Shown: piece by piece, positions 49,901 through 56,965 of the stretch
Numbering within the stretch: position 1 is the first letter of the stretch
Layout: every line of letters begins with the position of its first letter
From: Candidatus Obscuribacteraceae bacterium
GTDB taxonomy: Bacteria > Cyanobacteriota > Vampirovibrionia > Obscuribacterales > Obscuribacteraceae
Reading direction: 5' to 3'
DNA: 64,000 nt
Assembly (NCBI GenBank): GCA_044229845.1
Contig: JBGASG010000002.1
Location: 617,130-681,129 of the forward strand
The notes under the pieces: model-generated
What the model saw: the letters and a program-made list of their open reading frames with translations, nothing else
Database searches by the model: none
Told to the model about the DNA's origin: nothing
Made by a program: the position numbers and the translations under genes

Positions 49901-50946
49901 TCGTTGCGATGCAGCACGGCTTGCAATTCTGCGACAGCCTCCTGATTGCCCTTCAGCTTGTCAGCGATGTCCTGCGAGAGATCGTGATTGGTGCGGTGTT
50001 TGTATTCCGCCATGACCTGCTGCCGCTGCACCGGCGACAGTGTTTGCAGTATGTTGAGCATCGAATTGACATTCGGCTCCTCAGCGTTGAGGTGCCAGAT
50101 ATTGTGTTCGTTCAGTGCCGCAGTCACTGCATCGGTGCGGGCCGCCACTTCTTCAGGAAACAGCAGCGTCTTGTCTTGGTGCACAGGCGTGCTGTCCCAC
50201 CGCGGAGGGGCCGGGACTGCATCGCGATGCTGCGTTACGTCATGTGCTACCGGAGGATGTGGAACCGCGTCATGTGGAACAGTCGGGACTGGAGACGCAT
50301 CATGCGGGCGAGTTGGATGTGGGGACCCGCCATCATGCGGCCCGTGTTGTGGTGCAGCATCCTTGTGAGTTGTCTGCGCGTTCGGATTGATCAGCTTATC
50401 GACCTCACCGGTCACGGCTTGCTGCGCCGCGGTGAGAAACGACCCTGCCTTCTTCAACATGTATTCGATTGAGTAGTTCGCCTTGATCTCTTCTTCGTGC
50501 GCAGACGAAGTAGCGGTCTTCAGGAGTTTTTGCAAACCATCCATGAACGACGCCCGCGGAACGTGCCGTTCTCCCTTGGATGAGTACTCTTTGCCTTCTT
50601 TTTTGTCTTCGATGACAAATTCGGAGACCGCAGCGGGTCCTGTCTTCTGCCCATCGTGGTGGGCATTGACACGATTCATCAGCGCTTCCAGTGCCTGATC
50701 GCTTTCGCTGGGTGGATGAGACTTCGCCAGATGCCCATCTCGTGACCGCTCTACATGGCCGCCGCCCTGCTTGGGCAATGTCCTATCGTGCCCGCCGGAG
50801 AACGTGGAAAACTTCTTCTCGTACTTGGCGGCCTGTGGCTCATTAGTCACATTTTCGGCAGCAGACTTGCTCGACGCAGCGTTACTCTGCCCGTCGTCCT
50901 TGACGTGATCCGGCTTCTTGTCGGGTTGTTTCTCGCCGCGGGTCAT
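43987..50946 (-). CDS. Giant multidomain protein (2319 aa): annexin-like repeats, hydrophobic segment, EDR1/transglutaminase-like domain, tandem C-terminal kinase-like modules; polymorphic-toxin-like
   Basis: Uninterrupted 6960-nt ORF; motifs described in the findings. Confidence 0.85.
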   Translation of the reverse strand: MTRGEKQPDKKPDHVKDDGQSNAASSKSAAENVTNEPQAAKYEKKFSTFSGGHDRTLPKQGGGHVERSRDGHLAKSHPPSESDQALEALMNRVNAHHDGQKTGPAAVSEFVIEDKKEGKEYSSKGERHVPRASFMDGLQKLLKTATSSAHEEEIKANYSIEYMLKKAGSFLTAAQQAVTGEVDKLINPNAQTTHKDAAPQHGPHDGGSPHPTRPHDASPVPTVPHDAVPHPPVAHDVTQHRDAVPAPPRWDSTPVHQDKTLLFPEEVAARTDAVTAALNEHNIWHLNAEEPNVNSMLNILQTLSPVQRQQVMAEYKHRTNHDLSQDIADKLKGNQEAVAELQAVLHRNDTVADFAGALARNLGTVTDTGSRLDQHGFNIWQNANDEHDHATAEKSILHTLQKLDSKQIAELNLKFDNPHLSTATKEAIHVLLNGKDKLEGNPPTFAKQLAEIGLRHHRLDIFMEAMQLNPEARKEFSTPAGMERLQKVFTDPLELSTAQDYAQFGHLSLASRIEGNGRIFRTNKALIEDAIAHVEPEERKLFQEGHHEFTTGGIGPKEPYEQRISRYYKDIHEALNEASGFNDKAQLDAWENALLGRKTEVKVADVFKRNEENLLDHAFASVFNSHGKAAAKVEALAHMSPSEQDDYRKDVKFRTTVDNLVSQHLQPGLEQELARDVLRNIRDGKPPVNSFDRVLLDQLHGEKGLVGFANIEKAFDEDPSRFRGAKPTVAEKPAATEKDAAARKDAESIARFNTELKNVLESRMHGVSFGAGFPEESHQTLLDSFMQTGRLPIRISETLLPDNSRVMKDILGASAQDRERLLDPHPLDPKDIEVQDKLLGTGEKREFLLRMMKQSPPEKSLETMHPEDRLRAFAVGAGDSQDGLREYLSTLTPTQIRDASHAYFNKYGHRDMGKDVLDKMPPTDQIAFRNLLSNVGVTPQQELIDARHVADKSGSLADGVHERIWDRSQIAADEKLDEADRVLAKYGKSNVTEKQRQEFHEALNKYYQAEKDYINSKSGAAKALVDSSVTLATMAATLLVPEVTIGFLVTSSAGGAATSIGVHALYEGKSAKLDREGLVKYGVEGALVGPLAVVGPEHFGLTGAFRISEKVAERAALEAVTQKGVSALRPDAEKIISRGLQDLTDVQAVAGGKHTKDAIDKLVKQVTVDGGVDPVLEKAILEKLQANIKQGAVSRLEAEQLLRNASGAALSNVAGESVQEAAGLVSSDDLLSSLPQSAVQGAVMYKVFGVTSALASKLFGHIEPPHVLLARDSHGELIVGKGTVIQFANGKEWVADRPYVLGPNDKVDLRPRLKEGGHQLDLSSFKGSPVAADAAPIMPEARAQSNKLQTRGEIGEPLQPGFTLAGKGRYVSADGSSSSPFAATVVDLPNDKVLQKTLDEARAYMGRYHNLTAEQQQARLTQFVESKFMQTAVPGDKVQSIADANYMQFIKANGGKRVNLGEFIERGTGSCTQQAVLLKFLGDELLPQAHFRLVTGNGADGSNTVNHMWVQSGDRIYDPRQGTHGDFYSARHDRYKAASQMPAESRFGVSPAKLELGANVALEGESGWTVVKTVGKDGKVTIMHDGAMTINEKDLLAANPGLQLKVGESVHLRKPDGTIDSGWQIRSRDQHSGELVLFKKDAVVMRVSPEQLLRNLPELAAARLDKNATSYIEFTDHVRLLAQARRVGSVRAELGLTPQQVERLEGLAAKVTDNAAKTKNWKEYEAVVKDFNFHMQQLADGKVRNHAAFVNDLDDLVHGRREPVKIETPPEPVVSEKVAPPRSTAEKPALPASAVKPEHDRVSSNQQEQPAEKVERIKTPEAHPEPLRPPPQFSVMELPARSRDCDWRFLISAEAIAKLSTREYGVEQLSDLLRGPSELLRKFLTEMNLVERYPDGKSQKELASWLLHLSAGRESFLGRDEWQHLPEDRHLLELSRVFSQCDLKVRGSDIHASNGAILVDLPVGTRVDGQTFANKSTLKIEVSNESTFQAIPALPYLPHQLSAPKLVDLGGGYRARVYVQEFVDLKAGAPPRGVIDMLTEFAQQNNLELRKNRGLVEFGKIGDRWCIVDDSRLIDINESALEKAADGAASFPRLSSRLEELLQSRGEIGSQVVYGKPKNLSLWLREALARPEIIPGLQEDVRGVHRKRLWALAKEVEYLNLQVTEGDILLGGESICVNLKPGSVYNGTVLEHGGFLKLTEPDREFAYFDQKTGTGVNYWEARAITEITPVEIAATKSFIYVQEPCKTCNPRNLQDVRDVDELVRTMAKDGIEVADMKYTQFGRDAQGRVVLMDWTAAMHRSRKQGFEARDRVSGDGRLE

Positions 50947-51049
50947 CTGTCTCTAGGGTAGCTGCCCTATTTGATATACCCATATGCAGACACGGTCGCC
51001 CTATTGTGGACACCCCCACAGCCTTTAGATCCAACTCTCAAAAGGGCTC

Positions 51050-51472
51050 CTACGCGCGGACTGCGGACACGTGCCCGTCTTTCGCGTAGCGCAAAAGTCT
51101 CCGGTCACGAGTGACCACGACCGCATTTTCCATCCTGGCCGTGGCAACAATCAGACGATCAGCCGGATCCTGGTGCAAATCACCAGGTAAATAACAACTG
51201 TCTAGAGCAATTTCAGCATTGAGCGGCACCAAGCTAATGCCCGGCTGATTCAAAGCCTCGCGGACCCAATCGCGCGGATCCTTTTGCAGCACAAGGCGTC
51301 CCTTCAACTCAAGCGTCGCTACTTCCCAAACACAAATCGCAGGAATTAGAACCGCTCCCATCCTCGCAGCATCGTCGATTAGAACGCGGATGCGGGGCGA
51401 CAGCTGCAAGTTGCCGTCCACTAGCCAGATCCAAACATGTGTGTCGAGAACAACCCGCCGGCGCTCAGCCAT
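51050..51472 (-). CDS. vapC: PIN-domain VapC toxin
   Basis: VLDTHVWIW...ICVWEV...HQDPADRLIVATA...VTRD. Confidence 0.93.
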   Translation of the reverse strand: MAERRRVVLDTHVWIWLVDGNLQLSPRIRVLIDDAARMGAVLIPAICVWEVATLELKGRLVLQKDPRDWVREALNQPGISLVPLNAEIALDSCYLPGDLHQDPADRLIVATARMENAVVVTRDRRLLRYAKDGHVSAVRA

Positions 51473-51704
51473 TTGACTCCCATGCGTCGTCTGTAGGCTC
51501 GATAATGTCCCCGTAGGTCTTCACCGAACCCTTCATGCATCCGAAGAGGCTTTGCCACTCCTCGTCACAAGGAACGAGTTTTGCAATAGGCTTGCCTCGC
51601 TTTGTTATGACAATCTCGCGGCGCTGCTGCTGCACCTTGTCCATAAGTTGCAGGCACTTGGCTTTAAACTCGCCAGCTGCTACGTGCTCAGTTCCCTTCT
51701 TCAT
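51465..51704 (-). CDS. Phd/YefM-family antitoxin
   Basis: AGEFKAKCLQLMDKV...IVITKRGKPIAKLVP; overlaps the toxin start; start placed at the ATG at 51704. Confidence 0.92.
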   Translation of the reverse strand: MKKGTEHVAAGEFKAKCLQLMDKVQQQRREIVITKRGKPIAKLVPCDEEWQSLFGCMKGSVKTYGDIIEPTDDAWESNG

Positions 51705-51710
51705 TGAAAT

Positions 51711-51742
51711 CACCATGGTCACATGTCCATGGTCATATTATA
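51711..51742 (-). promoter_or_regulatory. TA promoter -10 box and operator-like repeats
   Basis: Minus strand TATAAT-atGACCATGG-acatgt-GACCATGG; CCATGG and ACATGT palindromes. Confidence 0.6.
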
Positions 51743-51764
51743 GACTCTCTTGCCGGAAGCGTCC

Positions 51765-52583
51765 TTACTGCGGACCACCCGGTCCACCGGGACCTCCCCC
51801 AAATCCGCCGCCTCCGCCGCCGAATCCGCCGCCACCAGGTCCGCCGCCTTGCATGCGCTGTTTGCGCTGCTCTCTGAATTGTTCTAGCTTCGCCTTCTCA
51901 GCGTCGTCCAGCACACCGTCGCCGTTGGCGTCGAATTTCTGCATCATGCGCTGATACATCGGTCCGCGCTGTCCACCACCACCGCCGCCGCCACCGTTCC
52001 AATTCACCACTCCGTTGCCACCACCGGCGCCACTAAAGCCACCTGGTCCGCCTTGCCCACCAAAGCCACCGGGACCGCCCTGTCCGCCGAAGCCGGGACT
52101 GCGGAAACCGGGACCGCCCTGTCCGGGTCCACCGCCGCCACGGAAACCGCCACCGCCCTGACCACTAAATCCCCCACCGGGACCTCCCTGACTGCCAGGT
52201 CCACCGAAGCCGCCGGGCGGTCCTCCGCCCTCGGCCGCTCGTTTCTGCAACCATTCTTGCAGCTTGCCTTTCTCCTGGTCACTGAGAACGCCATCGCCGT
52301 CGGCATCAAATTTTTGCTTCAGACGTTCGCGCATGCCGCCGCCCTGCCCACCGCCTCCACCGAACTGTCCCCCGCCGAACTGCCCGCCACCAGGGCCGCC
52401 GCCGTTTCCGAATCTCGGTCCGCCATCCTCACTCATCGGAGGCGGTGATTGCCCGGGAGGTCCGGGCGGAATTCCAATCGACGATTCGATACCAGATGCG
52501 GTACCGCTCCCCGGATCAGCCTTGACCGCAGGGGCTGCGGACAACAAGACAGTAACTGCCAAAAGGAAAAGCCTGCTTCTCAT
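51765..52583 (-). CDS. Exported Gly-rich protein with two EF-hand-like loops
   Basis: Signal peptide from the ATG at 52583 (GGAGA upstream); KFDADGDGVLSDQE and KFDANGDGVLDDAE; GGPGG repeats. Confidence 0.85.
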   Translation of the reverse strand: MRSRLFLLAVTVLLSAAPAVKADPGSGTASGIESSIGIPPGPPGQSPPPMSEDGGPRFGNGGGPGGGQFGGGQFGGGGGQGGGMRERLKQKFDADGDGVLSDQEKGKLQEWLQKRAAEGGGPPGGFGGPGSQGGPGGGFSGQGGGGFRGGGGPGQGGPGFRSPGFGGQGGPGGFGGQGGPGGFSGAGGGNGVVNWNGGGGGGGGQRGPMYQRMMQKFDANGDGVLDDAEKAKLEQFREQRKQRMQGGGPGGGGFGGGGGGFGGGPGGPGGPQ

Positions 52584-52602
52584 GGTAATGTCTCCAACGC
52601 AA

Positions 52603-54309
52603 TTAGTACTGCATAAACTCGGGACTGCCAATCAACGCGGCAGTCTTTTGATAGTCGGGCACGGCAGCGATAGCCTGCTGCGTCTTGAGTGATAATCTGC
52701 CACCATTTACGGTGCTTTGAATCCATCGATAATCCAGCGGCTGGGCCCGCCGTTGCGCCTGCCCCAGCTTGGTCGCGAACTCCATTCGCTTCATCAGTCC
52801 ATCGGGATTGAGCCATGTCTCCCGCGTGTTTTTGTAGCCGTCCGGTGTCTGGCACTGATAGAGCGGCTGCCCCTGCTGATTCAAGAAGAGTTGAATCTTC
52901 AGAGCAGAACCTGGGTCCGAGAGGTGCATATCCGTGGCGCGCAACGCGGAAATCGTATATCTATATGGATTCTTGAACTTGCAGTTGCGATACTGGGTAT
53001 CCCAAAATTCAGTGCTCGAAAATAGTGTGACCAGCACCGACTTTATGTTTCCCCGCGTCTGCATGAACTTGGTTGAAAGTTTGTCAACGAGACTTTTAGG
53101 TGGTTCGTCCGCTACAAAATATTGGGCCAGTTGATAACTGACGTGCCGCGCGGTCGATGGATGGCGCGCCAGCATATCCAGCACTTGCTCGATTTCATCG
53201 CGTCCTGTGCCACGAATTGTTTGCCCCAACACGACCTTATCGCCAAAGTCGTGACGGCGCTGATCGAAGAATGCACCATAACCACCGTCAGTTATCAGGT
53301 TTTTCCGCATTGCAGGCGGCATGCCCCACCCGGTGAGAACCCGTGCCAGCTCTTGCACGTCTTTCTGTGTGTATCCACCATCGACGCCCATGGTGTGCAG
53401 TTCCAGCAGTTCGCGCGCATAGTTTTCGTTGATACCATTCTTCGGATCGTTAGGATTGAGTGATTTAAATCCCGCCTTACTGTTTTGCGCGTTATCGAGA
53501 TAGAACATCATGGCGGGATGGTGCATGGTGGCACCGAGCAGATCTCTGAAGTTGCCCATTAAGTGGGGGCGGATTGCTTGCTCTTCGTAGGCACCAACCA
53601 GTACTCTATCCATGCCTTTCGACATCGCAACATTGAAATGATTGAACCAGAAGTCAGTCATAACTTCCTGCAACTGTCGGGGACTTTCCACCGCGCGTAC
53701 AAGTCGCGTCTTAATCACGCCTTGCTGAAAGCCATCTCTAAATGGACTGCCACCACCTTGTTGTCTCTGTGGCAATTTATTACCGCCAGGACCGAATTCT
53801 TGAATCTGCAACTGCGGCAACGGCGCCATCGCGGTCTGGTCCATCTGTCCCGATTGCTGCCCCTGCTGCTGTCCCGATTGCTGCCCCTGCTGCTGTCCCG
53901 ATTGCTGCCCCTGCTGCTGTCCCGGTCGCTGCACCGCCTGCTGTCGCGGCTGCTGCCCGCCGTCCTCACCTTTCTGTCGCGCCTGCAATTTGCGAATCTG
54001 GTCAAAAAAGACAAGCATCAAATCCGCTGACGGCTGACTAATCTGTGGAGTCTTCTGAACCTGATCGATCACAATCGTCGACTCAGGGATGCTCGAAGGC
54101 TGCAGTTGCATCTCGATGTATTTCTGAATGCCAATCTGCCTGACCTTTTGTATGTCACCAGGTCTGGCGCCCATCGTCAGCCTATTAAGTAGATGGACGA
54201 TCTGTTCATCAGTCGCGGCCGCCGGCTGTTCGCTGGCACCCTGTTTCGTGCTCGCCTGGACCGGCGCCAGCACCAATAGCCAGGCTAGAAGAAGGCTAGT
54301 AAATCTCAT
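52603..54309 (-). CDS. DUF1800 family exported protein
   Basis: HLLNRLTMG, QLQEVMTDFWFNHFNV, NENYARELLELHTMG, SPEF C-terminus. Confidence 0.92.
   Translation of the reverse strand: MRFTSLLLAWLLVLAPVQASTKQGASEQPAAATDEQIVHLLNRLTMGARPGDIQKVRQIGIQKYIEMQLQPSSIPESTIVIDQVQKTPQISQPSADLMLVFFDQIRKLQARQKGEDGGQQPRQQAVQRPGQQQGQQSGQQQGQQSGQQQGQQSGQMDQTAMAPLPQLQIQEFGPGGNKLPQRQQGGGSPFRDGFQQGVIKTRLVRAVESPRQLQEVMTDFWFNHFNVAMSKGMDRVLVGAYEEQAIRPHLMGNFRDLLGATMHHPAMMFYLDNAQNSKAGFKSLNPNDPKNGINENYARELLELHTMGVDGGYTQKDVQELARVLTGWGMPPAMRKNLITDGGYGAFFDQRRHDFGDKVVLGQTIRGTGRDEIEQVLDMLARHPSTARHVSYQLAQYFVADEPPKSLVDKLSTKFMQTRGNIKSVLVTLFSSTEFWDTQYRNCKFKNPYRYTISALRATDMHLSDPGSALKIQLFLNQQGQPLYQCQTPDGYKNTRETWLNPDGLMKRMEFATKLGQAQRRAQPLDYRWIQSTVNGGRLSLKTQQAIAAVPDYQKTAALIGSPEFMQY
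53845..53916. repeat. 24-bp intragenic tandem repeat x3 (QQGQQSGQ)
   Basis: ctgtcccgattgctgcccctgctg at 53845, 53869 and 53893. Confidence 0.92.
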
Positions 54310-54659
54310 AACAACCTACGGAGAGGTGATTCATTACCTAGTACGTCGGCCGACCTCAAAAAGTTCAATCATTCCGGGCTAAATTTGGCGATTTAACATT
54401 AATTGGACGTTGCCTCTTTGACATCATTTGCCACTTATGAAGACGACCAGTCACTGCCGGTCGGCATTCAGCACCGTATGTGGTGCAGGCTGCACCGGCA
54501 TAAGTCCCTCAGAGAGCGGTGATCGGCGATCACATGACAGCAATAACCCGGTGGTACGCTCGTCGTTGTATCTGGTTAAGAAACCTTGTTCGAACCCATC
54601 TCCTCCCCTAGGCAACACACATTAAGTGAATGATGATGGTTATAGCTCCTGGTATCGAC

Positions 54660-54986
54660 ATGTTCGAGGATAAGACACTCTCGTGCAGAGACTGTCATCA
54701 GCCGTTCACCTTTACGGCCGGTGAACAGGAATTCTATGCAGTCAAAGGACTGGTCAACGAACCCAAGCGTTGCCCAGGCTGCCGATTGCTGCTGCGTCTG
54801 AAACGCGACGGCAAGGATCCGGGCTATTCAGCGGAGGTTCCGTGCGCCGTCTGCGGTATCACAACGCGGGTGCCGTTCAAACCGAGCGGCAGCAAACCTG
54901 TATATTGCCAAACGTGCATGCACGAAAAGAAAAGTGCCGAAAAGCAGACTGAGCCTGAGCCTGAGCCGGAAGCCAAAGAAAACTAA
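54660..54986 (+). CDS. Zinc-ribbon protein (zf-trcl-like plus CxxC-x17-CxxC domain)
   Basis: DKTLSCRDC...FTAGEQEFY...PKRCPGCR...CAVCG...VPFKP...PVYCQTC. Confidence 0.9.
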   Translation: MFEDKTLSCRDCHQPFTFTAGEQEFYAVKGLVNEPKRCPGCRLLLRLKRDGKDPGYSAEVPCAVCGITTRVPFKPSGSKPVYCQTCMHEKKSAEKQTEPEPEPEAKEN

Positions 54987-55239
54987 ACGAGGGCTATCGG
55001 GTCAATCGTCACCCCTAGATGCCTCCGCTTCACTCTATAATGATTGAATTCCGCGTCCAAAGTCAGGATTCGGGAAATATTTCGTCCGGTCGTTTGCTCC
55101 ATCCGCCAATTCTCCAGCTGGCTGGGCTTCGCGAACACATTAAATCTGGTCGCCACCGCCTAATAAAATCCCCCACAGAGTTAATATGTGCAGTGAGGCA
55201 CAGGGGTGCCGAAGTGACTAGAACGGGGGCCTGAGGGCC

Positions 55240-55494
55240 ATGTTTCATAAAGCGTCGATTGTTTCATCCTCAAATAGCAAAACCTGCACGGCGTGCGGCA
55301 GCTGCGAAGAGTCAAACGACAAATTCTGCGTCACTTGCGGCGCGCGCTTGATTGCGGCACTCATCCCGTCCGAATCCATCACATTCTACGAAGAGCGCCC
55401 CCAGGGCACGCAAGTCGGCACGATGCGCGCGTTCGTCGTCGATCAAGCCGTCATCACCGACGAAAACACCCGCAAGATCGACTTGCAACGCTAG
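55240..55494 (+). CDS. Small zinc-ribbon hypothetical protein
   Basis: CTACG...KFCVTCGARL; GAGGG upstream. Confidence 0.6.
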   Translation: MFHKASIVSSSNSKTCTACGSCEESNDKFCVTCGARLIAALIPSESITFYEERPQGTQVGTMRAFVVDQAVITDENTRKIDLQR

Positions 55495-55503
55495 CCTTTC
55501 ACA

Positions 55504-55941
55504 CTAAATCAATAATGGATTGAATCCTGCTTGACGAAAGTGGTCGTCTTTGGTGAGAGCATCTTCGATGCGCAAAGCCTTCATCAGACAGAAGCTAAAA
55601 CAATCAGTGAACGACCAAGCCTTGTCGCTGTGCTTCAAAAAAAATCGGCGTGTCAGCTCAAAACGCTCTGTGTCCATCCACTCAATCCGCAAAGCTTGCG
55701 ACCCCAACGCTCGATCAAAGAATGGCGCTATGAGCAGCTCGTGTCCCCTTGCGCGAAGCAGCGTTGCAGTCTCATCGAGAACATAGTCCGAGGTCACAAA
55801 TCGGCGTCCGGCTTGTCGCGCCAGGTCAAGTATAGTCGTCCCTTGAACGTGCATATCGTCGCGCGGAAACAGGAGCGCATAGAAACCACTCGTGTCAACG
55901 AAGACATCACTTGCCGTAGACGATTTCGTCGATTTCTTCAT
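55504..55941 (-). CDS. vapC: PIN-domain VapC toxin
   Basis: VFVDTSGFYAL...TSDYVLDETATLL...WSFTDCFSF...ALTKDDHFRQAGF; start uncertain. Confidence 0.92.
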   Translation of the reverse strand: MKKSTKSSTASDVFVDTSGFYALLFPRDDMHVQGTTILDLARQAGRRFVTSDYVLDETATLLRARGHELLIAPFFDRALGSQALRIEWMDTERFELTRRFFLKHSDKAWSFTDCFSFCLMKALRIEDALTKDDHFRQAGFNPLLI

Positions 55942-56155
55942 TGGTTATGCTCTTCTTCCCTTGTGAGGTCGATGCCGTCGCCAGTAAGGGTAGGGAGTAA
56001 AACGGATCATCCCCGTCTACTGGCGCATCCGTGATGGGTTCGAGCCGAATCACAGGCTTACCGCGATAGGTCAAGACTAGATGCTTGCCCTGGCGGACCT
56101 TCGCGATAATCGCCTCCGCGTGCTTCCGAAATTCGAGTATTGAGACTTGCTCCAC
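55907..56155 (-). CDS. Phd/YefM-family antitoxin
   Basis: VSILEFRKHA...LVLTYRGKPVIRLEP; upstream of and overlapping the PIN gene. Confidence 0.85.
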   Translation of the reverse strand: MEQVSILEFRKHAEAIIAKVRQGKHLVLTYRGKPVIRLEPITDAPVDGDDPFYSLPLLATASTSQGKKSITNEEIDEIVYGK

Positions 56156-56300
56156 AGCCGAAGAGCTCCAAGCTTAACTTCAACTTCAAGTTTAACATGC
56201 ACCATACAGCTTCGCCAGCGCGACGAAAAGGCCGTTTCACGGTTCTCGAATTAACATATATGCTAACATATACGTCATAACCAGGCTGAGGACGCATGAA

Positions 56301-56543
56301 GTGCTGCGCACGACAATCTATCTCCAAGAACACACTGCTCTTGCTCTGCGGCACCTGGCAGAAGCCGATGGCATAAGCCAGGCAGAGATCATGCGTACTG
56401 CCATTGAGAATTATGTTGAACAGCTCGAACAGCAACGGACTCGCACGCTCCCACCAGGCGCTGGTGCGTATCGAAGCGGGAGAAATGATGTTTCTCAAAA
56501 GGCCGAAGAGCTGTTGAGAAAGCGCGCCAGATCGCGCAAATGA
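56301..56543 (+). CDS. Ribbon-helix-helix (CopG-like) antitoxin
   Basis: RTTIYL...LRHLAEADGISQAEIMRTAIE; ATGA overlap with the PIN gene. Confidence 0.87.
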   Translation: MLRTTIYLQEHTALALRHLAEADGISQAEIMRTAIENYVEQLEQQRTRTLPPGAGAYRSGRNDVSQKAEELLRKRARSRK

Positions 56544-56959
56544 CAGTCATTGCAGATTCTGGGGCTATCTATGCTCTCTACGATGCGGACGACAAGCACC
56601 ACGCTGCAGTAACTCGGGCACTCAAGAAAGAGCGGGGATCCATCATCATCCCAACTGTCATTCTGGCGGAGATCGATTACTTGCTTCGCGAATTTCTGGG
56701 CGTGGAAGCCGAGATTGACTTTCTCGATGGCATCGTTACTGCGACATACAACCTGGAACCCTTACAGGTAACTGACTTGAGCCGGTGTCGAGAACTGATC
56801 GCGCAGTACAGAGATCTGGACATCGGGCTGGCAGATGCAGCAATAGTCGCGACAGCTGAGAGACTGGGCGTCGAACGAATTCTGACCGTGGACACCCGAG
56901 ACTTTAGAGCAATCAAGCCTATCAAGGGCAAGCTGGTTCTCGTGCCTGGGGATGAGTAA
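56540..56959 (+). CDS. vapC: PIN-domain VapC toxin
   Basis: VIADSGAIYAL...ILAEIDYLL...GLADAAIVATAE...ILTVDTRDF. Confidence 0.92.
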   Translation: MTVIADSGAIYALYDADDKHHAAVTRALKKERGSIIIPTVILAEIDYLLREFLGVEAEIDFLDGIVTATYNLEPLQVTDLSRCRELIAQYRDLDIGLADAAIVATAERLGVERILTVDTRDFRAIKPIKGKLVLVPGDE

Positions 56960-56965
56960 CTTTTC

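Noticed and set aside
55170..55230. Hammerhead ribozyme or known riboswitch (GTGAG-GCAC-AGGG-GTGC-CGAAG hairpin)
   Set aside because: The core does not match CUGANGA...GAAA and I could not match any riboswitch consensus; only a short hairpin is supported
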